NCBI GenBank assembly: GCA_963736855.1
Contig: CAVTQK010000021.1
Coordinates: forward strand, 352,001-416,000
DNA length: 64,000 bases
Source: an uncultured delta proteobacterium
Lineage (GTDB): Bacteria > Desulfobacterota > Desulfobacteria > Desulfobacterales > UBA2156
Reading direction: 5' to 3'
Made by a program: the position numbers and the translations under genes. The number at the start of each line of letters is the position of its first letter. The first letter of the stretch is position 1. The notes below the pieces were generated by a model. The model saw only the letters and a list, made by a program, of their open reading frames with translations, was not told the origin of the DNA and made no database searches. This document shows, piece by piece, positions 20,356-30,925 of this stretch.

Positions 20356-21453
20356 ATGGATCCCCTCTTCAATAATATCTATCACAACAAGTCCGTTTTG
20401 ATTACCGGGCATACCGGATTTAAAGGCTCATGGCTTTCACTATGGCTCAAAGAGCTCGGAGCCGATGTGGTCGGATATGCATTGGATCCACCCAGTGAGC
20501 CGAATCACTGGAATTTATTACATCTGAATATGCCTTCGGTTATCGGCGACGTCAGGGATAGAAAAAAACTCCTCGGCGTTTTTGAAACATTTAGACCCGA
20601 AGTGGTATTTCACCTTGCCGCCCAGCCCCTGGTAATTGACTCGTATAGCGATCCGATAGGAACCTTTGAAACGAACATCATAGGGTCAATTAATATTCTC
20701 GACGCCTGCAGGCATGTTTCATCGGTTAAAGCTATAATCATTATTACCAGCGACAAATGCTATGAAAACCGAGAATGGGTTTGGGGATACAGAGAAAATG
20801 ATGCAATGGGGGGGTATGATCCATATAGCTGTTCAAAAGGGTGCGCTGAGTTGATTACATCCTCCTACCGGAATTCATTCTTTAATATTGAAAAATTCGG
20901 GAAAGATCACCATACGTTAGTTGCAAGCGCGAGAGCGGGGAACGCCATCGGCGGCGGAGACTGGGCAAAAGACCGATTAATACCGGATATTATGAGGGCC
21001 GTTTCGTCGGGGAATGAGGTGATTATCAGAAATCCTCTTTCTACAAGGCCATGGCAGCATGTTCTTGATCCGCTGTGCGGCTATTTGCAACTGGGATGGA
21101 AGCTGCTTGAGGGAAACGTTAAGTTTGCTGAGGGATGGAATTTCGGCCCTAACGATACAGAATCCAAAACAGTTGGGCAGGTTATCAGAATGATTCATAA
21201 TAACTGGCCTGTTTTTATTTACAGGGTTGATAAAGGATGCGAATCCGAAGAGCATGAGGCCCGATTACTTCGGCTGGATTGTTCAAAAGCTGCGATCAAG
21301 TTAAAATGGAAGTGTCTTTGGAATGCAGAAGAGGCATTTTTAAAAACAACGGAATGGTATAAAGGATTTTATCAAAAAGGAAAAATTACTTCTTCTCTCC
21401 AATTATCTGAATATGTTAAAAGGTTGACTCAAACTTCTCCTGAATCGAGATGA
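20356..21453 (+). CDS. rfbG: CDP-glucose 4,6-dehydratase
   Basis: TGHTGFKGSWL, HLAAQPLV, TSDKCY, DPYSCSK, RPWQHVL. Confidence 0.95.
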   Translation: MDPLFNNIYHNKSVLITGHTGFKGSWLSLWLKELGADVVGYALDPPSEPNHWNLLHLNMPSVIGDVRDRKKLLGVFETFRPEVVFHLAAQPLVIDSYSDPIGTFETNIIGSINILDACRHVSSVKAIIIITSDKCYENREWVWGYRENDAMGGYDPYSCSKGCAELITSSYRNSFFNIEKFGKDHHTLVASARAGNAIGGGDWAKDRLIPDIMRAVSSGNEVIIRNPLSTRPWQHVLDPLCGYLQLGWKLLEGNVKFAEGWNFGPNDTESKTVGQVIRMIHNNWPVFIYRVDKGCESEEHEARLLRLDCSKAAIKLKWKCLWNAEEAFLKTTEWYKGFYQKGKITSSLQLSEYVKRLTQTSPESR

Positions 21454-22328
21454 GAAAAACAATTCTTTTAAGCGGAGCGACCGGTTATCTCGGCAGCAGG
21501 CTTCTTGAAAAACTTATAAATGACTATAACATCATCATTACGAAAAGGAGTTTTTCGAATACCCGAAGAATTCAATCGCTGCTCGGGAGTTGCAAAGCTT
21601 ATGATATCGACAGGACACCTGTTGAGGTTCTTTTCAAGGAGAACCCGATCGATATTATCCTTAATACTGCAGGAAATTACGGTAGAAATAACGAACCTCT
21701 AATCAATATCGTTGATGCCAACCTTTTTTTTCCTTTGAAACTTCTTGATGGTGCAATCAAATATAACGTTAAACATTTTATCAATACGGGTAGCATATTA
21801 AATAAGAAAACAAATCCATATGCCCTGTCAAAGGCTCAATTTTCAGAATGGCTCGAGCACATTTCGGTAAAATTAAGAGTCTTCAACGTGAAGCTAGAAC
21901 ATTTTTACGGCCCTGGAGATGATTCGTCCAAATTTGTGGGATATGTCATCCATAAAATTCTCAATAAAGAAAAGGAAATTAAACTCACCTCAGGCGAGCA
22001 AAAACGGGATTTCATCTATATTGATGACGTTGTGGATTTTTACAGCTTAATCTTAAAAAGAATTGATCGGTATAAAGCCGGTTTCCACGAATTTCACGTG
22101 GGGACCGGAACATCTCATGAAATCAGGGAACTCGTTGGATATTTAAAAGAGATATCAGGAAGCGATATCAAGTTGCTTTTTGGAGATATCCCCTATCGAA
22201 AATTTGAAATAATGGATTCGAAAGCAAATGCGTTTTTGCTGAAAAAGATGGGATACTGTGTTTCAACTGATATCTTTTCCGGACTAAAAAAAACATGGGA
22301 AGCTGAATTAACAGAAAAAATGAGATGA
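21450..22328 (+). CDS. CDP-3,6-dideoxyhexose 4-reductase (abequose/paratose synthase-like)
   Basis: GATGYLG, YALSK, LEHFYGPGD, RDFIYIDDV; sits between rfbG and rfbH. Confidence 0.8.
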   Translation: MRKTILLSGATGYLGSRLLEKLINDYNIIITKRSFSNTRRIQSLLGSCKAYDIDRTPVEVLFKENPIDIILNTAGNYGRNNEPLINIVDANLFFPLKLLDGAIKYNVKHFINTGSILNKKTNPYALSKAQFSEWLEHISVKLRVFNVKLEHFYGPGDDSSKFVGYVIHKILNKEKEIKLTSGEQKRDFIYIDDVVDFYSLILKRIDRYKAGFHEFHVGTGTSHEIRELVGYLKEISGSDIKLLFGDIPYRKFEIMDSKANAFLLKKMGYCVSTDIFSGLKKTWEAELTEKMR

Positions 22329-22336
22329 TATAAATT

Positions 22337-23659
22337 ATGAATAGCAATGAAAAAGCTATGCGAAAAGTAATAGAAGATAAAGTAAAGGAATATTACCAAA
22401 ACGTATTTGGAATCCAAAAGAAATTTTTGCCCGGAAAAACAAAGATTCATTATGCGGGACGAGTTTTCGACGAGCATGAACTGATTCACCTTGTTAATGC
22501 ATCTCTTGATTTCTGGCTTACAAACGGAAGATTTTGTGAAGAATTCGAGTGTAAACTTTCCAGCTTTTTTGATAATTCCGATGTTATTCTTGTAAATTCA
22601 GGGTCTTCGGCTAACTTGATCGCACTAACAACCCTGACATCACCAAAACTCGGAAAGAGGAGAATGTTACCGGGAGACGAAGTGGTCACGGTTGCATCTG
22701 GATTTCCAACCACCGTAGCCCCTATCATTCAAAACAATCTCATCCCCGTATTTGTTGACGTCAGCCTTGAAAATTGCAATGCCATACCTTTAGAAGTCGA
22801 AAATGCCCTGTCAAAAAAAACAAAAGCCATATTCATTGCCCATACGCTAGGCAATCCTTTTGACTTGGAGTCGATAATCGCTATAGCAAAAAAATACAAT
22901 CTTTGGCTGCTAGAAGATAATTGCGATGCGCTGGGAAGCACCTACAATGGAAAAAGGACCGGAACCTTCGGCCACCTCTCAACAATCTCATTTTACCCTG
23001 CACATCACATTACGACTGGGGAAGGCGGATGCATCATCACTCATGATACGGAACTTGCAAGAATTTGCAGATCCTACCGAGACTGGGGAAGAGACTGCTT
23101 TTGCGAGGGAGGAAAAAACAACACCTGCGGCAGGAGATTTGGACAGCAATTTGGGTCGCTTCCTTTTGGATATGATCACAAATACGTTTATTCCCATATC
23201 GGATATAATATGAAAATGACTGATCTTCAGGCCGCAATTGGATCTTCACAAATGGATAAATTAAATCATTTTATAACCAAACGAAAAGAAAATCATAAAA
23301 TCCTTTCAGATAATCTGCAAAAATATGGAAAATACCTGATACTTCCCAAGGCAACACGCCTGAGCGATCCTTCGTGGTTTGCGTTTGTTATCACCCTAAA
23401 AAAAGATGTGGGCTTCAAAAGAATACAATTGACCGAATTTTTAGAGAAATGCCGGATCGAAACACGCAATCTATTTTCAGGAAACCTACTTTGTCAGCCT
23501 GCATTTCAAGATATCAAGTATCGAGTATCCGGAAAACTTACGAATACGGATTATATCATGAATAACACTTTTTTTATCGGAGTGTATCCCGGATTGAGTA
23601 GGGAACAGATCGAATTCATGATTCAATCTTTCGATAAATTTTTCAAGACGGTACCTTAA
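22337..23659 (+). CDS. rfbH: CDP-4-keto-6-deoxyglucose 3-dehydrase (E1, DdhC)
   Basis: NSGSSANL, EDNCDALG, SFYPAHHITTGEGG (His at the PLP-Lys position), CFC...C Fe-S ligands, GYDHKY. Confidence 0.95.
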   Translation: MNSNEKAMRKVIEDKVKEYYQNVFGIQKKFLPGKTKIHYAGRVFDEHELIHLVNASLDFWLTNGRFCEEFECKLSSFFDNSDVILVNSGSSANLIALTTLTSPKLGKRRMLPGDEVVTVASGFPTTVAPIIQNNLIPVFVDVSLENCNAIPLEVENALSKKTKAIFIAHTLGNPFDLESIIAIAKKYNLWLLEDNCDALGSTYNGKRTGTFGHLSTISFYPAHHITTGEGGCIITHDTELARICRSYRDWGRDCFCEGGKNNTCGRRFGQQFGSLPFGYDHKYVYSHIGYNMKMTDLQAAIGSSQMDKLNHFITKRKENHKILSDNLQKYGKYLILPKATRLSDPSWFAFVITLKKDVGFKRIQLTEFLEKCRIETRNLFSGNLLCQPAFQDIKYRVSGKLTNTDYIMNNTFFIGVYPGLSREQIEFMIQSFDKFFKTVP

Positions 23660-23709
23660 CGCATATCATTCAACCCTATTAGATTAATCCGCAAAGAGTG
23701 CACTGCTCA

Positions 23710-24495
23710 ATGAATGTAGATACGATCGATAATCGACGCATGAAAAGAAGCGTATCCGTTGTGATTTGCGCTTATAATGAAGAAAAAACTGTCGGGTTTG
23801 TACTTAAGAAAGTCAGAAAATTGGAATTTGTCGATGAGATTGTAATTGTGGACAACGGCTCTACCGATAATACGTATCAAGTTATTCTTGATGCCAAAGA
23901 AAACGATGTTAGAGTAAAATTACTGCGTGTAAAAAAAAATATCGGGCTTGGATTCGGACTAAAAACAGCGATTCAACACACCTCAGGAGATATCGTTGTT
24001 CGTCAGGATGCGGATCTTGAGTACGACCCATTTGAACTGTCCAGCTTGATCGAACAAATTGAAAATGGACATGCAGATGTTGTATATGGATCGAGGATGC
24101 TGGTAAAAAAAGCCCACAAAGTGCATTATTTTTACAACTATCTTGCCAATGTCGCACTTTCTTTTTGTAATAATTTAGTCACGAATCTGTTTCTTTCCGA
24201 CGTGGAAACAGCCGCAAAAGCATTTAATGGAAAAATTTTAAGATCAATCAAAATTGTCTCCAATGGATTTGAAATTGAAAATGAGCTGACTATTAAGCTT
24301 AAGAGAATAAAATGCATATTCTATGAAGTTCCTATATCCTACTACGGGCGTACTTTTGATGAAGGAAAAAAAATCAGGGCTTGGGATGGGTTTAAGGCAT
24401 TATATTATATCTTTCATTTCAAAGTCTGCAGCTATTTCATAAAAACTCCCGATGGAACGATCCATAATCTCAGTTTCAGAAATGAAAATCTTTAG
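23710..24495 (+). CDS. GT2, DPM1-like polyprenol-phosphate glycosyltransferase
   Basis: AYNEE, QDADLEYDP, VVYGSR, SDVET, EVPISYYGRTFDEGKKI. Confidence 0.85.
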   Translation: MNVDTIDNRRMKRSVSVVICAYNEEKTVGFVLKKVRKLEFVDEIVIVDNGSTDNTYQVILDAKENDVRVKLLRVKKNIGLGFGLKTAIQHTSGDIVVRQDADLEYDPFELSSLIEQIENGHADVVYGSRMLVKKAHKVHYFYNYLANVALSFCNNLVTNLFLSDVETAAKAFNGKILRSIKIVSNGFEIENELTIKLKRIKCIFYEVPISYYGRTFDEGKKIRAWDGFKALYYIFHFKVCSYFIKTPDGTIHNLSFRNENL

Positions 24496-25759
24496 CCTCA
24501 TTAGCATCAGCATCGTCTCTTTGTTGGTCATCGTTTTTAGAGATTTTTCACTTTTTTATGCCCCACGCTTTTGGGCGGAAGAAGGGGCCTTTTGGTTTGC
24601 TCATGCTTTTTCTCATGATTGGTTTGACGTAATATTCACAAACCAAGTGGGATATTATAACTTTTACAGCCAATTCGCCGCTTTGATTGCATCAAGAACA
24701 GTTCCGCTGGAACATGCACCGATCGTCACTACGATAATGGCATTTCTAGTGCAATACGCTGCGATTATGATTGTTGTATGGGGTCATTCCACTCTCTGGA
24801 ATACAACGATTACCAAAGCGATCACAACAGCCATTATCTTATTTGCCCCCAGAACACCTGAAATATGGCTCAATACAAATGGGAGCCAATACTTCCTTTC
24901 ACTGATTACTGTTTTAATTTTGCTTTCCGATTGCAGCTTTAAATCTGTTGTAACAAAATACGTTTACCGGTTGCTTCTTGTTATAAGCGGATTAACAGGT
25001 TTATTATCTTGCGGACTGACATTTTTATTCGTTTATAAAGGATGGAAAACACGAGAGAAGGAAACTTATATTCATTCAATGATTCTCATATCATGTTGTA
25101 TCGTACAACTTTTTACGCTATTTATCGAGCAGAGCAGACAAAATTATCCTTCTATAACGGTTGCATCTCTTATCGTCTGGATCAGGGTTTTCGCGGCTCC
25201 TTTCAGTATGAATCTCGCAAAAACGATTACTCAGTATTCATTTTCAATCTTTGGAACAACGCTTTTTCATATATGGGGATTAACGGCACTATTTGCTCAG
25301 ATTGCTATTTTATGGATATTTATAAATAAAATTCCCAAACCCAAAAATGCATTAATTGTCGGAAGCTTTTTGTTTCTATGTTACTTCTCCGCCTATTTTG
25401 GCATCGGAGCAAAACAAAACATGGCTTTAATGAACGTCACCGTTGCGAACCGATACTTTTATGTACCCTGTGCATTGATATTAATGATGATTTTATTTTC
25501 AATTAATTTAAAAGAAAATCGGTTTTTTCATAACGTACAGTCAGGGGCCCTTATTATTCTTCTGGTGACAGGTTTGATAAACGGTCACTTCTGGTTTAGA
25601 AGCGAAAAATTAAAAAAAGAAACCTGGACCAATTGGAAAGATGAAGTCAAAATATGGAATCAAAACTCCTCCTACCAACCTAAAATATGGCCGACCGGAT
25701 GGAAAATTACGTTATCTCCCAGAAGAGATGAAATCGAATATCTGCATAAAAAGCAATAA
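24482..25759 (+). CDS. Polytopic membrane protein, putative GT-C (Gtr-type) transferase
   Basis: FWAEEG acidic loop after TM1, many TMs, NRYFY, C-terminal IWPTGW; overlaps the GT2 gene. Confidence 0.55.
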   Translation: MKIFSLISISIVSLLVIVFRDFSLFYAPRFWAEEGAFWFAHAFSHDWFDVIFTNQVGYYNFYSQFAALIASRTVPLEHAPIVTTIMAFLVQYAAIMIVVWGHSTLWNTTITKAITTAIILFAPRTPEIWLNTNGSQYFLSLITVLILLSDCSFKSVVTKYVYRLLLVISGLTGLLSCGLTFLFVYKGWKTREKETYIHSMILISCCIVQLFTLFIEQSRQNYPSITVASLIVWIRVFAAPFSMNLAKTITQYSFSIFGTTLFHIWGLTALFAQIAILWIFINKIPKPKNALIVGSFLFLCYFSAYFGIGAKQNMALMNVTVANRYFYVPCALILMMILFSINLKENRFFHNVQSGALIILLVTGLINGHFWFRSEKLKKETWTNWKDEVKIWNQNSSYQPKIWPTGWKITLSPRRDEIEYLHKKQ

Positions 25760-25811
25760 GAAGAAATTACCCGTCCGGAAACGATCCGGATAAACCATTA
25801 AACAGATTAAT

Positions 25812-28184
25812 ATGGGTAGAACTATTTTTAATAAAAATTTTTTTGGTTTTAGTAATAAAAATTACATTTTAATTGTGTCATTATCAATTGCAATTGGATT
25901 TTATTGTTATCAGGACTATTTATTATTCAAAAAAATTTTTGTTTTTACCGGATTTGCATCAGATACCATCCGACAATTTTTTGCGGATTATTATTTCCGG
26001 TCTGAACGCCTTTTTTCAGGAAATTTCTCATTCTGGTCTTTTCAACATGACCTGGGTATGAATGTTTATCCGGTTATCGCTAATTTTAATCCTTTTGATG
26101 TTATTACGATTCTATTCGGTCGGGAGCATCTTGCATACGCAATTCCTTATATCGTATTGCTGAAAATCGTTCTAACCGGTCTGATATTTTTTGCATTTCT
26201 CAAAAAGCTGAACATTTCCGATTATCCGGCGGCAGCGGGATCCCTATTATTTTCATTCTGCGGCTACGTGACCATAAACAGCCATTGGTATCACTACCTT
26301 AATTATGCACTTTTCGCATCGCTCATGCTGTTTCTTTTTGAAAGATGGTTTCAGGATGGAAAATGGCTTTTAATGGTTTTGGCTATCGGCTTTGCATGCA
26401 TTAAAGGAGTTTTACAGCTTTATCAGTTTATTTTCTTTCTTACACTGTATGGGCTTTTCAGGATTGTTTATGAAAATGGATTTCACTTGAAAGAAATCCT
26501 AATCTTCTATCCCAAATTGTATACCCTTTACGGGATCGGAATAGGGCTGGGCGCCTTTTATATACTACCTGAACTCTATCAAGCGACGAGTTCTGCAAGA
26601 GGCGGGGAATCGATTCAAAAATTTGCGCTGGTTCAGTGGATTTTAGACGCGTTCAAATTGAATGACCCGGTGAATATTAGGACCTTTTTGTTTCGTTACC
26701 TTTCAAATGATATTCTGGGATCTTTTGAGAGATTCAGGGGAGCAGGAAATTATTTGGAGGCACCATCATCCTATTCAGGCCTTATTGCTCTTTTTATTAC
26801 TCCGATAGTCTTTATCAACCAGAATAGCAGGCGGAAAATCGCATTCATGCTTTTTGTGTCCGCCATGCTTCTATATTTTCTTTTCCCTTATATCAGAGTT
26901 ATCGGTAACGCATTTGCTAGTGGAACTTACAAACATACAATAATGTACAACTCGATAATTCTTATCATTATGGCTTCATTTGCGATAGACCGGTTATTTA
27001 CTGACCACGTCGATCGGATAGGATATATTTTTATTTCATTTGCATTTTTTTTCGGAATATGGATCATCGGCTGGACAGCAAAAGAACTGCGGATCGAAAA
27101 TGATGTATTACATAAAGTCGGTCTCTTTATGGTTTTTTACGGAGTAATATTTAGTGCCTTCTATTTTCCCAAGGTGAATACAATTGCAAAATACGCTCTG
27201 TTTGTTGTTGTTATTATCGAGCTGGCCGTATTTTCCCGAATAACCGTTTCACGCAGCAGCGGTCCGCTCACCCCCGGATTTATTGAAAGAGGGGAGCGAT
27301 ATTTTGACAAAGATACCTTGAATGCGCTGGAGTTCATAAAAGCTACGGATCATACATTTTATCGCACCGAGAAAGGATATGTTTCGGATTATTTAAATGA
27401 TGCCGTGGTACAGAAGTATTATGGAACTTCTGCCTATTATGGATTTTCTGCCATCGGTGTCGTCGATTTTCATAAATCGATGAAAATCTCTCCACAATCC
27501 CCGAGAATTGCCTCTTACCGGTATGGACTTTCCAAACGAGATAAACTCCAGTCATTACTATGCGTCAAATATTATTTGAGCAAGAAAATGGACGACATGC
27601 CCTATGGCTTTGATTACGTCCGATCATTTGGAACTGTTCATCTGTTTCAAAATCGAAAATCTATGCCGCTTGGAATCGCGTACCACCGACATATCCAAAG
27701 GAATGACTTTGAACAGCTTCAGGTCGAAACAAAAGAAGAGGTACTCTTAAAGGCATTTGTTTCCGATAAAGAATATGAAGATCTGGAACGAATAATCCCT
27801 TCGCCAAGTATGTTTTTGGAAAAAAACGATTACACAAAGGATCAGCAGTCGGAAGGTTTTGAAATATCTTCATTTAAAGAGAATGTGATTAAAGGGAAAA
27901 TCCATTTAAAGAATGAAGGAATGCTCTTTTTCTCTATTCCTTTTGATAAAGGATGGACCGCGATTGTGAATGGAAAAGAAAAAAAGCCGGATTTAATCAA
28001 CATCGCATTTATGGGCTTGAACTTGAAACAAGGAGAGCATGATATAGAGTTGAGATTCGTTCCTCCTTATCTGTATCATGGGATCGTGATTTCTTTTTTG
28101 ACCACTATTTTAGTCATCATTTTATATACTCGATTTCCGAATATCCACGCGACTGAGATTCATTCCAAGGTAAAGCCTTTATGA
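25812..28184 (+). CDS. YfhO-family GT-C membrane protein
   Basis: DTIRQF, multi-TM core, FYRTEK, C-terminal FSIPFDKGWTAIVNG...G.H.IEL.F.PP plus TM. Confidence 0.85.
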   Translation: MGRTIFNKNFFGFSNKNYILIVSLSIAIGFYCYQDYLLFKKIFVFTGFASDTIRQFFADYYFRSERLFSGNFSFWSFQHDLGMNVYPVIANFNPFDVITILFGREHLAYAIPYIVLLKIVLTGLIFFAFLKKLNISDYPAAAGSLLFSFCGYVTINSHWYHYLNYALFASLMLFLFERWFQDGKWLLMVLAIGFACIKGVLQLYQFIFFLTLYGLFRIVYENGFHLKEILIFYPKLYTLYGIGIGLGAFYILPELYQATSSARGGESIQKFALVQWILDAFKLNDPVNIRTFLFRYLSNDILGSFERFRGAGNYLEAPSSYSGLIALFITPIVFINQNSRRKIAFMLFVSAMLLYFLFPYIRVIGNAFASGTYKHTIMYNSIILIIMASFAIDRLFTDHVDRIGYIFISFAFFFGIWIIGWTAKELRIENDVLHKVGLFMVFYGVIFSAFYFPKVNTIAKYALFVVVIIELAVFSRITVSRSSGPLTPGFIERGERYFDKDTLNALEFIKATDHTFYRTEKGYVSDYLNDAVVQKYYGTSAYYGFSAIGVVDFHKSMKISPQSPRIASYRYGLSKRDKLQSLLCVKYYLSKKMDDMPYGFDYVRSFGTVHLFQNRKSMPLGIAYHRHIQRNDFEQLQVETKEEVLLKAFVSDKEYEDLERIIPSPSMFLEKNDYTKDQQSEGFEISSFKENVIKGKIHLKNEGMLFFSIPFDKGWTAIVNGKEKKPDLINIAFMGLNLKQGEHDIELRFVPPYLYHGIVISFLTTILVIILYTRFPNIHATEIHSKVKPL

Positions 28185-29122
28185 AAAAATTATCCATCGT
28201 CATTCCTGTATTTAATGAAGTTACGAACGTTAAAAAAGTCCATCAAGAAATTGTCGAGGTTTGTGATCAGGAAGGGTATGAATATGAAATTATTTTTATT
28301 GATGACGGCTCGACGGATGGCACTTATGACATTCTCAAGGGATTATCTCCTGTTAAGCTCCTGATAATGAGAAAAAATTTCGGACAGACCGCCGCCATGG
28401 ACGCTGGTATCAAACACGCCCGGAATGAATATCTCATCACCATGGATGGAGATCTTCAGAACGATCCCAGAGATATACCGCGCCTCATTCATCACCTTGA
28501 GGAAAATGATCTTGATGTGGTCTCAGGATGGCGGGAGAATCGTCAGGACAATGCATCCAAACGGTTTGCTTCCCGAGGAGCGAACCTGATTCGAAAACTT
28601 CTCTTGAAAGACGAAATCCATGACAGCGGATGTTCGCTTAAAATATTCAGAAAGAAATGCTTTGAACATGTCAGTTTATATGGTGAAATGCATCGGTTTA
28701 TCCCAGCTATCCTTAAAATAAAGGGATTTAAAATCGGCGAAATCCCGGTAAGTCACCGACCGCGAATCACCGGTGAAACAAAATATAACTGGAAAAGAAC
28801 AGTCAAAGGATTCGTTGACATCATTTCAGTTTGGTTCTGGAACAAATACGCGGTTCGTCCCCTTCATTTGTTAGGAGGAGGAGGCCTTTTTATTTTGATT
28901 TGCGGACTGCTTATTTCAACATATACATTTTTCCTTTTTCTTCAGGGGCAAGATCTATCCAATACCGTATTTCCGCTTTTATCGGTATTTTTAATCACAA
29001 CGGGAATTCAGCTCTTCATTTTCGGGTTGCTTGCCGATATTATTCTAAAAATATATTTTGAGAAAACACGCGATGTGGCCTATTCGATAAAGGAGTTCAT
29101 TGAAAATAAAAGCCGAGGATAG
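28181..29122 (+). CDS. GT2, GtrB/ArnC-like undecaprenyl-phosphate glycosyltransferase
   Basis: PVFNE, DDGSTD, NFGQTAA, MDGDLQNDP, MHRFIP, two C-terminal TMs. Confidence 0.9.
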   Translation: MKKLSIVIPVFNEVTNVKKVHQEIVEVCDQEGYEYEIIFIDDGSTDGTYDILKGLSPVKLLIMRKNFGQTAAMDAGIKHARNEYLITMDGDLQNDPRDIPRLIHHLEENDLDVVSGWRENRQDNASKRFASRGANLIRKLLLKDEIHDSGCSLKIFRKKCFEHVSLYGEMHRFIPAILKIKGFKIGEIPVSHRPRITGETKYNWKRTVKGFVDIISVWFWNKYAVRPLHLLGGGGLFILICGLLISTYTFFLFLQGQDLSNTVFPLLSVFLITTGIQLFIFGLLADIILKIYFEKTRDVAYSIKEFIENKSRG

Positions 29123-29128
29123 CCTGAT

Positions 29129-30922
29129 TTGATTCGATTCAACGCATATTTGATGTTAACCAAAGTGATGGCTTCAATTCGAAGCCAGGGGATCATCAAT
29201 ACCTTTCATAAAACGCTTTTATATCTGAAACAGAATCGGGATTTCATTACACCCGGCAAATTTTTTACGGAATATGAGAAGCGGGTGCAGTTAAGATCTC
29301 CTTCGGCCAATTTAATCGAAAATGAGATAAAATATCTCACGCGGTATCCGAAAATCAGCATGATCATGCCGGTGTTCAACGTGGATATCAGATGGCTGTC
29401 TAAAGCCGTCGATTCGGTTCAAAAACAACTCTACACCAAATGGGAACTCTGCATCGTTGACGATGGATCTTCAAAATGCGAAACACTTGAATTTTTAAAG
29501 ACAATCCGGAACCCGAAAATTAAGATCAAGTTTTTAGAAAAAAATTACGGAATTTCTGAAGCAACCAATCTGGCAGTCGGTATCGCAGACGGAGAATATA
29601 TCGCATTTCTTGATCATGACGATGAAATTACTTCGGATGCGCTCTATGAAGTTGTGAAAGCCATCAACGTGTCAAATCCGGATTTCATCTATTCTGATGA
29701 AGATAAAATCGATCAAAATCAGAAACGTCGAAATCCGTTTTTTAAACCCGATTGGTCTCCGGATCTTTTGCGCTCCCAGAATTACATATGCCATTTTGCT
29801 GCGGTCCGGAAATCCGTTTTCGATGCTGCTGGAGGTTTCAGAAATGGATTTGAAGGCGCCCAGGACCATGATCTCTTTTTGAGAATTTCTGAAATTACGA
29901 ATCGAATACATCACATTCCGAAAGTGCTTTACAGTTGGCGAGAGATCGAAACATCAACCGCAGGAAATCCGTATTCGAAACCCGATGCCCAGGAAAATGG
30001 GCGCAGGTGTGTCGCGGAGCATGTGCAGCGCCGTTATGGTTCGAATGCTGAAGTTAAAGAATGTGAACATCTTTTTGTGTATGATGTTGCCTTCAAGATT
30101 CCGGATGCTTCTTTGGTGAGTGTCATTATCCCAACCAAGGATAACATCCGATATCTGGATGCTTGTATTGAAAGCATTATTGAAAAATCATCCTATCGAA
30201 ATTATGAAATTATTATTCTGGATAATCGTTCTGAAAGGGCGGAGAGTCAGGTCTGGTTTTCCCGTATTGTTGAACAACATGACCGGATTCGAGTGATCAA
30301 AGCGGATTACCCTTTCTGCTGGTCGAAATTGAACAATCAGGGAATTTCAGAGGCAAGAGGAAATGTTTTTATTTTTTTAAATAATGATACAAAAGTGATC
30401 TCTGAGGACTGGATTGAACGATTAAGCGGTGAGGCATTAAGAGAGGATGTGGGTGCCGTAGGCCCATTGTTATTGTATGAAGATGGGACCATCCAGCACG
30501 CAGGCGTTGTGGTTGGTCTAGGGGGATGGGCGGATCATATATTCAAAGCCATGAAACCGGTTCATTACGGATCTCCGTATGTTTCCCCGATGCTTAAAAG
30601 AAATGTTCTAGCAGTCACCGGTTCATGCATGGCGATGTCGAGGAAGACCATCGAAAAACTTGGCGGATTTGAGGAAAAGTTTATCATCTGCGGAAGCGAC
30701 GTGGAAATGTGCATCCGGGCGCATGAGGCAGGCCTGGTAAACATTTATAATCCGTTTGTGAAGCTCTACCACTTTGAATCCAAGACGCGGATTGCCCATG
30801 ATATCCCAAAATGTGATTTTGAGATGTCGATTCGACATTATAAGCATTACCGTGAAATCGGCGGAGATCCCTTTTACAACAGGAATCTTTCCTTGAAAGA
30901 TACAACCCCGAGTTTGATTTAA
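29129..30922 (+). CDS. Tandem GT2-domain glycosyltransferase (WsaE/RfbC-like)
   Basis: LDHDD, YSDEDK, GAQDHD, then VSVIIPTKD, FLNNDT, IQHAG, HFESKTR. Confidence 0.9.
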   Translation: MIRFNAYLMLTKVMASIRSQGIINTFHKTLLYLKQNRDFITPGKFFTEYEKRVQLRSPSANLIENEIKYLTRYPKISMIMPVFNVDIRWLSKAVDSVQKQLYTKWELCIVDDGSSKCETLEFLKTIRNPKIKIKFLEKNYGISEATNLAVGIADGEYIAFLDHDDEITSDALYEVVKAINVSNPDFIYSDEDKIDQNQKRRNPFFKPDWSPDLLRSQNYICHFAAVRKSVFDAAGGFRNGFEGAQDHDLFLRISEITNRIHHIPKVLYSWREIETSTAGNPYSKPDAQENGRRCVAEHVQRRYGSNAEVKECEHLFVYDVAFKIPDASLVSVIIPTKDNIRYLDACIESIIEKSSYRNYEIIILDNRSERAESQVWFSRIVEQHDRIRVIKADYPFCWSKLNNQGISEARGNVFIFLNNDTKVISEDWIERLSGEALREDVGAVGPLLLYEDGTIQHAGVVVGLGGWADHIFKAMKPVHYGSPYVSPMLKRNVLAVTGSCMAMSRKTIEKLGGFEEKFIICGSDVEMCIRAHEAGLVNIYNPFVKLYHFESKTRIAHDIPKCDFEMSIRHYKHYREIGGDPFYNRNLSLKDTTPSLI

Positions 30923-30925
30923 GCA

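Noticed and set aside
3489..23939. A9/T10 homopolymers (e.g. 3489, 10132, 11506, 13288, 23931) as phase-variation tracts
   Set aside because: All in frame and expected in AT-rich Lys/Phe codons
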